From positions 1-60,826 of IMG/VR virus record IMGVR_UViG_3300037670_000034: a stretch of 60,826 bases of DNA. One strand, 5' to 3'. A program made the translations under genes and the position numbers. Each line of letters starts with the position of its first letter. Positions within the stretch are counted from its first letter, which is position 1. Of this stretch, positions 20,096 to 29,873 are shown one piece after another. Source of the stretch: a virus. Lineage: Duplodnaviria; Caudoviricetes. Below the pieces are notes generated by a model. That model was not told the origin of the DNA. It did no database searches and saw nothing but the letters and a program-made list of their open reading frames with translations.

Positions 20096-21275
20096 CGCCT
20101 ATCTCCAGATCAGCAAAGTCGCCAGTGGCGAGGTTGTTCGGCTTGGCTTCGCCACGCATGGTGGTCACCACCATCGGAATGCCGTTGTTTTCAAGCACGC
20201 CAGCAGCCCCCGAGTACGCAATGTCGGGCGCATAGTTCTGGCGGTTAGGTAGGGAGATCTCGCCGGCCGCGTTGCCGATAGCCATGCCATATCGGGTAAA
20301 CCAAGCAACGCGCATATCTGGAAGGCGTGCAGCAGATCCGCGCACAGCCCTCATATCGAGCACAGGAACCTGGTTCGGCGTGCCGGTATCGAGTCCGGTG
20401 ACAAAGTAGGTGCGATCAGCAACCACATAGACGCCGCCCTCGGTCGGAGCGATGACGGTCGGTTGCTCCGGGTACTGCAAGAACCCCGCGACCGGATCCA
20501 TCAGGTGCGGGGTCATCGGCGCCGTGAAAACCACGTAGTTACCGCACACCCCGACCAACAGGGAGTGGAATGCAGCCAGCATCGAGCAGACTGGCAACGG
20601 CACAAGCCCAGCAGTTGTGAGCCTGGCGGTTTGATCATCGACACCGGTAATCGCCATCGCGCCACCGATCAGCGGCCCCTGGCTGTAGAGCGTCGCGCCA
20701 TTGGCAGGACTGACGTACACCTGCAGAGGCCGGCTATCATCGCTGACCACACGAAACGCCTGACCCTCTGCGAGCCTGAAGATGACCGGCTCGACGCCGG
20801 ACTCTTCGCCGTCAGCACCGAACGCTGTGACCGCAACTTTGTAGATGCCAGCCGGCAGCGCACCTGCGATCAGCTCAACGTCAAAACCAGGCGCCGGGAC
20901 AGCCCAGGGCTTCACCACTCGGCCATCAGTACGCAAGCTGTCGAAAGCGCCGCTCAGATACACCTGGCCATTGAGGACAGCGCCAGCAATGTCACCATCA
21001 GCAGCCATGCTGCCAATCACCTGGCTTGAGTCGGAATCAGCGCTGTAGCAGCTGATGTCGCCGCCGTCGACGAACACCACGCGCCCGGACAGAGATACTG
21101 CAACGCGCACGTTGTCGCCTGCCGCAATACGCTGGTAGCCAACCCGAGTATCAAGCTGGCCACCCTCACCCGGGTCAAGATTGACGAGATCGCGCACAAA
21201 GCCAGCAGGCAGCCGCTCGGGCTTCGCGACGTTGTTCGCGCCCTTGGCCCAGTTGTCGGTGCGGATGGTGTCCAT
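20085..21275 (-). CDS. Putative tail nozzle/stabilization protein
   Basis: GANNV..LVNLD..G.L.TR.GY N-terminus, propeller-like; follows the adaptor gene. Confidence 0.55.
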   Translation of the reverse strand: MDTIRTDNWAKGANNVAKPERLPAGFVRDLVNLDPGEGGQLDTRVGYQRIAAGDNVRVAVSLSGRVVFVDGGDISCYSADSDSSQVIGSMAADGDIAGAVLNGQVYLSGAFDSLRTDGRVVKPWAVPAPGFDVELIAGALPAGIYKVAVTAFGADGEESGVEPVIFRLAEGQAFRVVSDDSRPLQVYVSPANGATLYSQGPLIGGAMAITGVDDQTARLTTAGLVPLPVCSMLAAFHSLLVGVCGNYVVFTAPMTPHLMDPVAGFLQYPEQPTVIAPTEGGVYVVADRTYFVTGLDTGTPNQVPVLDMRAVRGSAARLPDMRVAWFTRYGMAIGNAAGEISLPNRQNYAPDIAYSGAAGVLENNGIPMVVTTMRGEAKPNNLATGDFADLEIGDAL

Positions 21276-21277
21276 GC

Positions 21278-21922
21278 TCACCCCCGGTACCGAATGGAGC
21301 GAGCACCACCACGACGACGTAGCTCGTCCTCGTAGATGCGCTGGCACTCGTAGTTGAACTCGGCTAGGTACTGGCCAGCCTTCACAGCGTCGAAGATCTC
21401 AGCATCCTTGACGTTGTAGGCGCGATGCTTGATGAACAGCAGCAGGTACTCGCGGTGAACCGGGTTCACGTCGACCAGCTTAGAATCCTTGGCGAGTTCC
21501 TTGATCGGACGGCGGATCGCCTGCAGCACGACCTTGCCGCTCTCGCGTGGCTTCGGCACCAGACGCATGCGCCCTACGGCAGAGTTGGCGAGTAACACGC
21601 AAGGCCTGCCAGTGGTCGGCAGGCGGGAACGGCGTATCTCCGCTGGGGAACGCACGTCGATCGGCCAGTTGCGCTCACCGAGGAAAAGCTCGGCGTCGAT
21701 CACGTCGATTATGTAGGCCGGGTATTCGATTTCATCTTCACCGGCGGTGAACTCGACCTCGATACCGTCGCCAATGATGCTCTTGGTTCTTTCAGCGAAA
21801 GCCGCCAGAGCCCCATTCGTGAAGCGGACCAGTTGGCCATCGCTCCAGAAATAGGGGTCGACCAGATCCTTCTCGTCATCACGGAAGGCCTTGATCAGGT
21901 CGCTGACGGTTTCGTAGGCCAT
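21278..21922 (-). CDS. Head-tail adaptor protein
   Basis: DLIKAFRDDEKD..YFWSDGQLVRFTN; HREYLLLFIKHRAY. Confidence 0.7.
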   Translation of the reverse strand: MAYETVSDLIKAFRDDEKDLVDPYFWSDGQLVRFTNGALAAFAERTKSIIGDGIEVEFTAGEDEIEYPAYIIDVIDAELFLGERNWPIDVRSPAEIRRSRLPTTGRPCVLLANSAVGRMRLVPKPRESGKVVLQAIRRPIKELAKDSKLVDVNPVHREYLLLFIKHRAYNVKDAEIFDAVKAGQYLAEFNYECQRIYEDELRRRGGARSIRYRG

Positions 21923-21924
21923 GA

Positions 21925-22353
21925 TCAGTCGTCGACGCCGTCGTCGTCTTCGTCTTTATCGCCAGCACCCAGGCTCTCGACGAACTTCGGCCAGGCGGCC
22001 TCGTACTGCACCTTGGTGACTTTGAAGCCGACCTGCTTGCTTACGGCTGCGAGCTTGGCTCGCCCGTCGCCTTCCAGTTCATCAGGGGCTTGGCGCTCCA
22101 TCACCGCAGTGATCGCAGCCAGAATCAGGTCTTCCTTGGTAGGCCCAGCGCCACCACCTTCGTCATTCAGGTTCAGACCGACAACGTCGCAGCCCTCGCC
22201 CACTGCCTGCTTACGGAAGCGGTCGGGAATGATGCTGCCAGGCTTGCCGTCGGAAGGATCGATGCGATAGATCACGCAGGAATGGCCGTCAGTATTGGCC
22301 AGGTGCAGCATATCCAGGCCTTTCGGCGGCAGGAATCGCGGTGCATTGCTCAT
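21925..22353 (-). CDS. Hypothetical head-associated protein
   Basis: DGRAKLAAVSKQVGFKVT..EAAW motif; downstream of the capsid genes. Confidence 0.6.
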   Translation of the reverse strand: MSNAPRFLPPKGLDMLHLANTDGHSCVIYRIDPSDGKPGSIIPDRFRKQAVGEGCDVVGLNLNDEGGGAGPTKEDLILAAITAVMERQAPDELEGDGRAKLAAVSKQVGFKVTKVQYEAAWPKFVESLGAGDKDEDDDGVDD

Positions 22354-22374
22354 GAGGTTGCCCCTCTAAAGGTT

Positions 22375-22405
22375 GAAAAGAGAGGGGCCGAGTCACCCCG
22401 GCCCC
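22375..22405 (-). terminator. Probable intrinsic terminator after the capsid genes
   Basis: GGGGCCGG-GGTGAC-TCGGCCCC followed by TCTCTTTT. Confidence 0.55.
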
Positions 22406-22412
22406 GTTGCAC

Positions 22413-22811
22413 TCAACCCTGAGTGCTCTGGGTGCGCTTGCCGACGATGTACTCGACGAACAGGCGGCACTTACCAGTGGTGGCTACGGCACCGGTCGAC
22501 GCATAGGTGACGATCAGGTTGCCCTGAGCCGGCATCGCATAACCGGTAACGTCCAACTCGACCACTGCGAGCGCTTTCACGTCCGCAGGAGTGGCGGTGT
22601 AGCGATCGTCATCGACCGAGTCGCCGACCTTCAGGGTTGCGGTAGTAGCCGCGTTGAAGGTGGTGATGGGCTGGATGAATCCGCCAGTGACGATGGCGCC
22701 ACCGGGCAGTTCGATCGCTGCCTGCACTGCGCCGTCGGAGAAGTCCGCCAAGTTGATATCGACCCAGGCAACCAACGGGGCCTGGCGCTGATCGTTCTTC
22801 GTGATGCTCAT
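22413..22811 (-). CDS. Putative capsid decoration/minor head protein
   Basis: Beta-sandwich-like 132 aa immediately after the major capsid gene. Confidence 0.65.
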   Translation of the reverse strand: MSITKNDQRQAPLVAWVDINLADFSDGAVQAAIELPGGAIVTGGFIQPITTFNAATTATLKVGDSVDDDRYTATPADVKALAVVELDVTGYAMPAQGNLIVTYASTGAVATTGKCRLFVEYIVGKRTQSTQG

Positions 22812-22869
22812 GATTCAGTCCTCAGTTGCTGGCCGGGAGTCCCGGCCAGCTTTGCCAGAAACCCCGGGA

Positions 22870-23973
22870 TCAACCCAGGAACAGATCGATGGCGAGCACG
22901 CCGAAGTCCTCGACCGACTTGTCGTAGATCGAGTAGAACTTCGGCTTGAGCAGGCCAAACATCTTGTCGACGCTGATGCCGACCTTGGAGTCGTAGTCGA
23001 ACTTCTTCTCGACCCACTCCGGTACACCCAGGTCAGCCATGCCCAGCGCCTGAGCACCGCACAGCAGCGCGCGGGTACCGTTGACATTGCCATCGGCGCC
23101 CCACTTGTTGCCGGCCGACGCGCCAGTGGTGCTGTACACCAGGCGGTGTTCATGGATCACCGCGCCGTCGATGGTCACAGTGCCCCCAGTGAACCAGGGC
23201 GAGCTCTTGCCATCCTTCTGCGCCAGGGCCACCACCGCGCGCTGGTAGTCCGCGTCCTTCTTCAGCTGAGCCAGGGTGCCCGGCTTCACCAGAATGACGT
23301 AGTACTCCTTGCCACCAGCCATCAGTGGCTTGATGTAGTGGTCCTTCGCATAGGCGACGGCATCCACGATCATCTTGTAGCTGGCCACGAACGCACTGGT
23401 GATGCTGGCGGTGTTGCTGGTGACGAGGTTGGTGCCGTTCCACATCAAATGCCGCTTGGACGAGGGGGCAGACACGTCGGCAGCAAAGGACAGCGATGGG
23501 AACGGCGACCCAACGCGGGTGCTCCCGTCGTTATGCAGGGCATACGAAATGCCCGACAACGTCAGGAAGACGAGCTGATCGATACGGTTGGCGAGCCAGT
23601 AGGCCAGGCGATCGCGGGCCTGCTCGCGGAAGTTGATGACGGTCTTCTGGTCCGCCATCTTGCCCTTGTTGCGCACTTGGTGAGAGATGAGATCGATGTT
23701 CAGCTCGACCTCGAAGTTCTGCATCTCTTCTTCGTTGCCTTCGCGCTCGTTGTCACCGATCACGCCATCCTCGACCAGATCGGCGACGAGCTGCATCAGC
23801 ACCTTCTCGCCTTTCTCGGTCTTGGTCAGCTCAGTGATGCGCTGAATCATCGCGCCCGGGCCGGTGCCCAGGAATTTTTTCACGAACATCTGATCGCGGG
23901 CGGCGCTCCATACATCGCGCGACCAGACGATCTTCTGCTTGCTGTTCAAGCGAGCAAAGTTGGTAACAGCCAT
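22870..23973 (-). CDS. Major capsid protein (N4-gp56/DUF4043-like)
   Basis: IQRITELTKTEKGEK; GDNEREGNEE; RALLCGAQALG; GLLKPKF..DFGV. Confidence 0.9.
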   Translation of the reverse strand: MAVTNFARLNSKQKIVWSRDVWSAARDQMFVKKFLGTGPGAMIQRITELTKTEKGEKVLMQLVADLVEDGVIGDNEREGNEEEMQNFEVELNIDLISHQVRNKGKMADQKTVINFREQARDRLAYWLANRIDQLVFLTLSGISYALHNDGSTRVGSPFPSLSFAADVSAPSSKRHLMWNGTNLVTSNTASITSAFVASYKMIVDAVAYAKDHYIKPLMAGGKEYYVILVKPGTLAQLKKDADYQRAVVALAQKDGKSSPWFTGGTVTIDGAVIHEHRLVYSTTGASAGNKWGADGNVNGTRALLCGAQALGMADLGVPEWVEKKFDYDSKVGISVDKMFGLLKPKFYSIYDKSVEDFGVLAIDLFLG

Positions 23974-24199
23974 GGCTGCTCTCCTCGTCAATTTATGTCG
24001 TCGTGTCTGGGTTGTGTCGCCACCCGAGCGAGGACAGGCTTTTGGGGAGAGCCAGAAACTCTGTTGCAGCTTTACGCCCTGCCTGGCGGGAACACCGTGT
24101 CTCGGTGAGCGAGCAGCCTTGCTGCGGGGTTAAATGCCCCTGGCCTTTCGGCTCAGGGGCTCCCTTTCAACCCTGGGCCATCCCTCGACCCTGGCTGTC
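23974..24199 (-). ncRNA. Structured 5' leader of the major capsid mRNA (candidate cis-regulatory RNA)
   Basis: ~230 nt without a credible ORF; several GC-rich hairpins, one with a GAAA tetraloop. Confidence 0.45.
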
Positions 24200-24227
24200 T
24201 GGTTATGTCACTGGCGGGCGCCGTCAA
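24200..24227 (-). promoter_or_regulatory. Putative late promoter copy 3 (TTGACG-N10-GTGACA-TAACCA)
   Basis: Motif; the TTGA overlaps the scaffold stop codon. Confidence 0.7.
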
Positions 24228-25327
24228 TCCTTTTCACTGACAAAATCACCACGCGCCTTGCGCTTCTCAGATTCAGGCAGCGCGTCGAACTCGTCCTCGG
24301 ACAGATCGGCGTAGTCAACGTCCTTGCCACGCTCGCCGACGCCAGGCATGACTGCTGGGATCTGCTTCTGCCGCTCGACGTTGCGCTCGATCTTCTCTTT
24401 GCTCAGATTCGGCTTATCCTTCACCGGCTTATCTTTCCCATCGTCGCCATCATCCTTAGCCTCAGGTGCGTAACGAGGCGCGACCTTCTCCACCGCCGCA
24501 GCGACCGCCTTCGACGGCGACATACCCTTGCGCAGGTAGTAGTCACGGCGCGCGATCACATCCTCGATCGCTTCCTGATTGGATTCTTCCGAGTCGTTGT
24601 TTAGGAACGGATACTTGGTCAGAACGTCATTGAGCACCTTCTGCAGGCGCTCGGTTTCGGCGCTTTGGTCGCGCTTCTGCAACTCTTCTTCAGCGGCCTT
24701 CTTCGCATCCTGGCCAGCCTTACTCTCGAAGAGCTTCAGCTCTTCGGCGCGGATCTCGCGACGAATTTCCTTCGCTTTGTCCGCGTCACCATCGAGGATG
24801 GCGGCCATGTAGCGATCTTCGGCCGCGTCGAAGTCATAGGTCGCCGGCTTCTCCGGTTTCTGTTCTTCCGGCTTAGGCGCAGCGCCCTTGAGTCGCGCGT
24901 TTTCCTCTTCCAGGCGCAGGCGCTCTTCACGCTCACGCTTCAGCGACTCGTTCACTTCATGGAAGCGCGAATGCGGCACGACCTTGGATTTACCACCCTC
25001 AGCCAGTTCTGCCAGGGCCTCGGCATCGAGATCAGGATCTTCGTCAGCATCAGGATCATCATCACCGCCCTTACCGCCATCGCCGTCATCACCCGGCTCT
25101 TCATCCGGATCGTCTTCGGCCTCGGTCAGATCAGGGTCGATATCGTCGCCGCGATCGTCGTCGCCCTGCTCGTCTTCCGGATCTTCGTCCTCGTCCTCTT
25201 CTTCCTCTTCTTCCTCGAAGTCGGAATGCAGAGTTTCCGGGTCGATATCGTCGGAACAGTCGACCAGGGTGTTGTAACGCATGCCCAGCGCCAGGTCGGC
25301 GCTCGCGTGTTCGGGTTTCATGGCCAT
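24224..25327 (-). CDS. Scaffolding protein
   Basis: Very acidic N-terminus, VPHSRFHEVN, coiled coil; lies between portal and capsid. Confidence 0.8.
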   Translation of the reverse strand: MAMKPEHASADLALGMRYNTLVDCSDDIDPETLHSDFEEEEEEEDEDEDPEDEQGDDDRGDDIDPDLTEAEDDPDEEPGDDGDGGKGGDDDPDADEDPDLDAEALAELAEGGKSKVVPHSRFHEVNESLKREREERLRLEEENARLKGAAPKPEEQKPEKPATYDFDAAEDRYMAAILDGDADKAKEIRREIRAEELKLFESKAGQDAKKAAEEELQKRDQSAETERLQKVLNDVLTKYPFLNNDSEESNQEAIEDVIARRDYYLRKGMSPSKAVAAAVEKVAPRYAPEAKDDGDDGKDKPVKDKPNLSKEKIERNVERQKQIPAVMPGVGERGKDVDYADLSEDEFDALPESEKRKARGDFVSEKD

Positions 25328-25355
25328 GGGTGCCCCCTTGATTGCCGTTGGTGGG

Positions 25356-25526
25356 TTACTTCTTGGTGATCTGCTGCATGGCGGCCATCTTTTCCTTGGC
25401 CATCGCACGGGCCGCAGCCAGGCGCTTCGGGTCCTTCTCGATTTCCTTGGCTCGCATTAGGGTCCGCATGTCTTCCTCTGCCTGCCATTTCTTGTCGTCG
25501 CTCACCGGTGATGCAGAACCTTTCAT
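25356..25526 (-). CDS. Small basic 56-aa protein (not in ORF track)
   Basis: MKGSASPVSDDKKWQAEEDMRTLMRAKEIEKDPKRLAAARAMAKEK..; ATGA-coupled to the portal stop. Confidence 0.7.
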   Translation of the reverse strand: MKGSASPVSDDKKWQAEEDMRTLMRAKEIEKDPKRLAAARAMAKEKMAAMQQITKK

Positions 25527-27607
25527 GCTGGTGCTCCCTCGATCTGCTGCGTTTCAATGCCGCTCATGAGCCCCACGCCAGGGTTGGCCGGCGTGATGGG
25601 ATTGGTGTTGGTCGGTAGATTGCCGGCGATGCCAGCGCCCCCTTGGAGCTCAGGCACGATCGGCGGAAGGTCTTGATCGATGTATCCGGCCGAGCGCAGC
25701 AGTGCATCGGCGAGTCCTGCAGTCAGTGGATTGGTTGCGATCACACCAGCGGTCTGGATTGCGCTGTACTGCGCTTCGACGGAACGATTCACCGTCTCCT
25801 GGCGTGTTTTGTCGGCCTGGGCCTTGGCAAGCTCTGCGCGGGCCTCGTTGAGCGGATCAGGCTGAGCGGTGGCCTGCTGCTCGATCGCATCGATAATGTC
25901 GTTCTTGTCCGTGACGTTGCTGTGCTTGATCACGAACGAGTCAGGGATGCGCACGCCCTTCTCGCGCATTTCCATGATCTGGGTGAACTGGCTGTTCTCG
26001 AAGGTCACCTGCATCGGCTGCTCGGAGACAACCACGCTGTATTCGCCAATGGTCAGGTCGTTCAGTACGCCGCCTTCCTCGGTCGGATAGTTGACGTACA
26101 GGTCTTCGGTAACCGGGCGCCCGCGGCTGTCCTGCTCGGTGATCTTGAGAATGCGCGGCTCGTCGTAGAAGTCCTGTATCAACTCAAGGATGCGTTTGGC
26201 CATCATGTTGCGGGTCTTGGCCAGGTTATCCAGCGGCACGGCCAGGCCCTGCTGGGCAGCGAACTGGCGAGACTGGATGGCCACGCCGCTGATCTCGCGG
26301 CCCAGGTTGCCGGTCATGGCGTCATTGATGCCGGTGGTCTCGTCGATCAGTTGGCCAGCACGCTCGATGACGCGATCGATCCCGGTGGGGACCTGGTTGG
26401 GCTGGATCTTCTGCGGCTTTTTCTCGACCGGGGTTTCATCCTTGAGCACGATCGCGAGCCCGGTTTCTGCGCCTCGATCAGCCAACTCATCGTCCGACAT
26501 GTTCGACAGGGTGTTTGCCCACCACACCCAGCCGCTGTTGGCTGTGGTATTGATCGTGTGCAGGAACTGACTCATGGACTTGTTCAGCAGCTGCTGCGGG
26601 CCGATCGCGTCATCCACCAGGCCGGTGGTCTTGCCGCGACGGAAGAACGGGAAGAACGGCACGACCGTGAAGTGCTTGAACGGGCTCCACTCGTCGAAGA
26701 GCGTGTAGTTGTAGGTGGTGATCACCCAGCGCACGCGACGAATGCGGCGCTTTGCCCGCACCACACCCTGCGCTGCCGCGATCTGCTCTTCGGTCATACC
26801 CTCGATGGTGCGGATATCACCGGTCATGGTGATCAGCACGTCGGCATTCTCGGTCTTCCAGAACTGGCGCTCGATCACCCGGACGCGCTTGCTGCCGTCT
26901 GCAAGGGTGGCAGAGCCCATGTAGCCGGTGCTGCCGGTATCCTCGTTGCCGAACTTGTTCCGCTCTTCGTCAGCCTCGTCGTCACCGAAGTCCTGATCTT
27001 CAAGGTCTTCCTGCTCGCACTTGTCGCGAGCTTCCTTGCCATACAGATCCTCGATCTCGTCCAGGGTCAGCCAGCGCGTGATGATCACGTCCGACCACTT
27101 GTCCGGGTCGTAGCTCTTGGCGTCTGGATCGGGGATAACGTCGAGCGGGTCCAGATCGGTGATAGCGATCTCGCCCATTATCGAATCTTGATAGCTGATG
27201 CGGATGTCGAAGTAGCCGCGCTGCTGGATCAGGCCATCGGAGAAAACCTGCGTCTCGATCCAGTGCAGGCCCGTGTTGTCGCCCACCTGCTTGGCCACCT
27301 TGCTCAGTACCTTGGCCTTTTCTTCGTCGGCGCCCTGGCCGCGAGGCTGGAAGGCGATATCCATGCGGTTCTGGATCTGGTACCCGATTGCGGTGTTGAG
27401 CTTTGGCTTGACCTGATTGAACTCCAGGGCCGGACGCCCCTCGGCCTCGAGCGCCTCGCGATCCTCTGGCGTCCACTGCCGGCCGCCGCCCAAGTAGAAG
27501 TTTTCGCACTCGCGCGCTTTCCGGCAGAAGCTCTGATGGCCCCGCATGCGCCCGTACTCGTAGCGCTGCCAGTTTTTGTTCGCCTGCTCGTCTCGGTTTC
27601 CGGACAT
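25523..27607 (-). CDS. Portal protein (P22/N4-like)
   Basis: FYLGGGRQW..GRPALEFN; GLVDDAIGPQQLLNK; SGVAIQSRQ. Confidence 0.9.
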   Translation of the reverse strand: MSGNRDEQANKNWQRYEYGRMRGHQSFCRKARECENFYLGGGRQWTPEDREALEAEGRPALEFNQVKPKLNTAIGYQIQNRMDIAFQPRGQGADEEKAKVLSKVAKQVGDNTGLHWIETQVFSDGLIQQRGYFDIRISYQDSIMGEIAITDLDPLDVIPDPDAKSYDPDKWSDVIITRWLTLDEIEDLYGKEARDKCEQEDLEDQDFGDDEADEERNKFGNEDTGSTGYMGSATLADGSKRVRVIERQFWKTENADVLITMTGDIRTIEGMTEEQIAAAQGVVRAKRRIRRVRWVITTYNYTLFDEWSPFKHFTVVPFFPFFRRGKTTGLVDDAIGPQQLLNKSMSQFLHTINTTANSGWVWWANTLSNMSDDELADRGAETGLAIVLKDETPVEKKPQKIQPNQVPTGIDRVIERAGQLIDETTGINDAMTGNLGREISGVAIQSRQFAAQQGLAVPLDNLAKTRNMMAKRILELIQDFYDEPRILKITEQDSRGRPVTEDLYVNYPTEEGGVLNDLTIGEYSVVVSEQPMQVTFENSQFTQIMEMREKGVRIPDSFVIKHSNVTDKNDIIDAIEQQATAQPDPLNEARAELAKAQADKTRQETVNRSVEAQYSAIQTAGVIATNPLTAGLADALLRSAGYIDQDLPPIVPELQGGAGIAGNLPTNTNPITPANPGVGLMSGIETQQIEGAPA

Positions 27608-27610
27608 TCG

Positions 27611-29152
27611 CTACGCACTCATTGCTGATTTGCGGCCTCTGCCGGCGATAAGCCGGCGCTTCCATTCCGGCACTTCTATGTCACTGGAGGCGATTGGCAA
27701 TGCGAACGTGAGCGCCAGCGCGTCGCCGGCATCAGGGGACTTCTTCAGCTCTTTCTTGATCTCTTCCTTCGAGTTGAGCTTGATCTGGCCGTTAGAGCTA
27801 TAGCGGTAGCCGGGCGCAGTGAGGTCGGCGTGCAGCTTGTCGCAGTCAGGAATGCTGGGCGGGATTATGTCGGCAATCCACTCGGCCATTTCCCCCCACA
27901 TTTCAGAGCGCTTGTTGAAGTACTTGCGCTGGTCCGTGGCCTTGCCACCGAAGTTCACCGCCGTGACGCGATCGCCATAGCCCAGTTCCACCAGGCGATC
28001 GTAGATGCCAGCGCCCAGGCCACCGATATCGACGAAGACGCGGCGAATCGTCTTGTCGTCTTCGAGCATCCTCACGACCACCCCGACCACAGCCATGGTG
28101 TCGAACTGGTCGATCTTCTCCAGCCCCCAGGCCTTGCGCCCCTGGCGGTGAATGATCGCGGTGGAGTCATCGCCGAAACGTGCAGGGTCGACGCCGACAA
28201 CGTGAGCACCGATCGCCTGCAGGTGAGCCGGGTTTACCTTGCGTGCCCTGGCGACGGCCAGCGTATTGACCAGAGCCTTGTGGCCGACTCGCTGGAACGC
28301 CATGTCTGGCGTGGCTGGGTATTCCTGATCAAACCAGGCGAAGTCGCCCTTGAAGTCGGTGAAGACCTTGGCCTGCCGCCATGCCATCTGCTCGTCGCTG
28401 AGCCCGAACGTCTCCTGATACTCGGCTTCCTCTGGCGATAGTTCGAAGTCAGGCGGCACCTCGCGCTGATACTCGCGCTGGATGAACCAGGGGATGAAGA
28501 CGGCCATGTAGTCGCTTTTCTCAGCGACGGCAAGCGTCCACATTTCATGGAAGAGGTTGGCCAAGCCGTTGGCCGTCGACTCCAGAATCGCCTCACTGCC
28601 TGCAACCAGGGGCAGCGTCTGCCCGAGGCCGGCCATGATGTTGATTGCGTTCGGCCAGAACGCCACTTCTGATCCGTGCAGGTACTGGATCGTGTCGGAG
28701 CGGCCGGCGTGCTTACTGCCTGCCGTGGCAACCTTGTAGCCACTGCGCAGCTTTGCGAAGTTCAGTTCTGTGTCACTGTTGTTCTTCGTGGCCGGCTTGA
28801 GCGTGGCATCGCTCAGCTCGTAGTACGTCTTGGCGATCCGGAACAGGTTCTGAGTCGCCGCGTCGAGGTGGGTGATGATCATCGTGCGCTTGCCGAAGCG
28901 CATGCTGGTGCGTTTGTAGAACCTAGCCGCCACGTAGGTGCTGATACCCTGCTGCCGCCCTTTCAGCACGATGACGCGAACCCAGCCCCTCGCCGCCAGC
29001 TGCTGCTCGATCTTCTCATGCAGCACGCGCTGGGCATCGTTCCACTCGAACGGCAGCACCTTACCGCTCTTGTCGCGGATCTTCAGGTTCTTGGCGCAGT
29101 AGAGCTCGTCATCCTCGATGAGCCTGGCCAGGAGATTGTCGGCTGTGGACAT
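27611..29152 (-). CDS. terL: Terminase large subunit
   Basis: LKGRQQGIST Walker A, LHGSEVAFW, ESTANG, GVDPARFGDD, SPDAGDALAL. Confidence 0.95.
   Translation of the reverse strand: MSTADNLLARLIEDDELYCAKNLKIRDKSGKVLPFEWNDAQRVLHEKIEQQLAARGWVRVIVLKGRQQGISTYVAARFYKRTSMRFGKRTMIITHLDAATQNLFRIAKTYYELSDATLKPATKNNSDTELNFAKLRSGYKVATAGSKHAGRSDTIQYLHGSEVAFWPNAINIMAGLGQTLPLVAGSEAILESTANGLANLFHEMWTLAVAEKSDYMAVFIPWFIQREYQREVPPDFELSPEEAEYQETFGLSDEQMAWRQAKVFTDFKGDFAWFDQEYPATPDMAFQRVGHKALVNTLAVARARKVNPAHLQAIGAHVVGVDPARFGDDSTAIIHRQGRKAWGLEKIDQFDTMAVVGVVVRMLEDDKTIRRVFVDIGGLGAGIYDRLVELGYGDRVTAVNFGGKATDQRKYFNKRSEMWGEMAEWIADIIPPSIPDCDKLHADLTAPGYRYSSNGQIKLNSKEEIKKELKKSPDAGDALALTFALPIASSDIEVPEWKRRLIAGRGRKSAMSA
27673..27700 (-). 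promoter_or_regulatory. Putative late promoter copy 4, inside the terL 3' end (TTGCCA-N10-GTGACA-TAGAAG)
   Basis: Motif with exact spacing ~65 nt upstream of the portal start. Confidence 0.6.
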
Positions 29153-29177
29153 GCGCACCCTCACTTCTGTGAGGGCT

Positions 29178-29206
29178 ACGCGATGTCACTAGCTGCACTC
29201 TGTCTA
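29178..29206 (-). promoter_or_regulatory. Putative late promoter copy 5, variant (TAGACA-N11-GTGACA-TCGCGT)
   Basis: Degenerate copy upstream of terL. Confidence 0.5.
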
Positions 29207-29869
29207 GCCTACAACTGCAATGGCGATGATATGGACGACGTTCAGGTATGGGTTGCGAATGTCGACCGGCGAGCCAGTTCCCACTGAAATCTGCTCAATA
29301 GCGCCGTAATCAACCGGCACGCTGCCCTCGTTGCTGTACCAAATATTCACCTGCGAAGGGCCCGCACTACCACGACCCAAAATGTTTTCAGTAGCACTAG
29401 GCTGTGCAACGGCCCCAGTCGTATTGTTCTCTCCCCGCAGCTTCAACTTAACATCATGACTGTGCGACGGCAGCTGATCTGTGGTGAGTGTCGCGCTGTC
29501 GTTACCGCCTATTTCACCGACATCTGAAACCGCACTCCCCCGCAAGGATCGGCCGATAGAGTTCGGCACCCCGAACGTCGTTATACCGTCCCCCCCGTAG
29601 CGATCCCCCAACAGTTCAGCGGCTTCTGGGTAGTCCGCCACGTTATAGATGGCACCGTCCATCACCACCCATCCAGCAGGTATAACGCCGTGGCATATCG
29701 ACTTAACGTCGCCCACGCTATACGTAGCGCTACCGACCAGCGCTACAGTGCCGCTTTTATCGGGCAGCGTGACCGTGCGCGCAGCGGTCAGTGACGCAGC
29801 GCTGATCGTCGCCCGGCCTATGCCGAACGACGTCCGAAGGGTCCCGCGCAGATCGCTCAGCCACCGCAT
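29204..29869 (-). CDS. Tail-collar domain protein
   Basis: VGDVKS..PAGWVVMDG..LGDRYGGDGITTFGVPN; QLPSHSH; NPYL..IIA. Confidence 0.85.
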   Translation of the reverse strand: MRWLSDLRGTLRTSFGIGRATISAASLTAARTVTLPDKSGTVALVGSATYSVGDVKSICHGVIPAGWVVMDGAIYNVADYPEAAELLGDRYGGDGITTFGVPNSIGRSLRGSAVSDVGEIGGNDSATLTTDQLPSHSHDVKLKLRGENNTTGAVAQPSATENILGRGSAGPSQVNIWYSNEGSVPVDYGAIEQISVGTGSPVDIRNPYLNVVHIIAIAVVG

Positions 29870-29873
29870 AGGA

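Noticed and set aside
25643-27628. Long antisense ORFs (also 2301..4133, 50006..51196, 52522..54498)
   Set aside because: Shadow frames of high-GC genes with clear motifs on the other strand.
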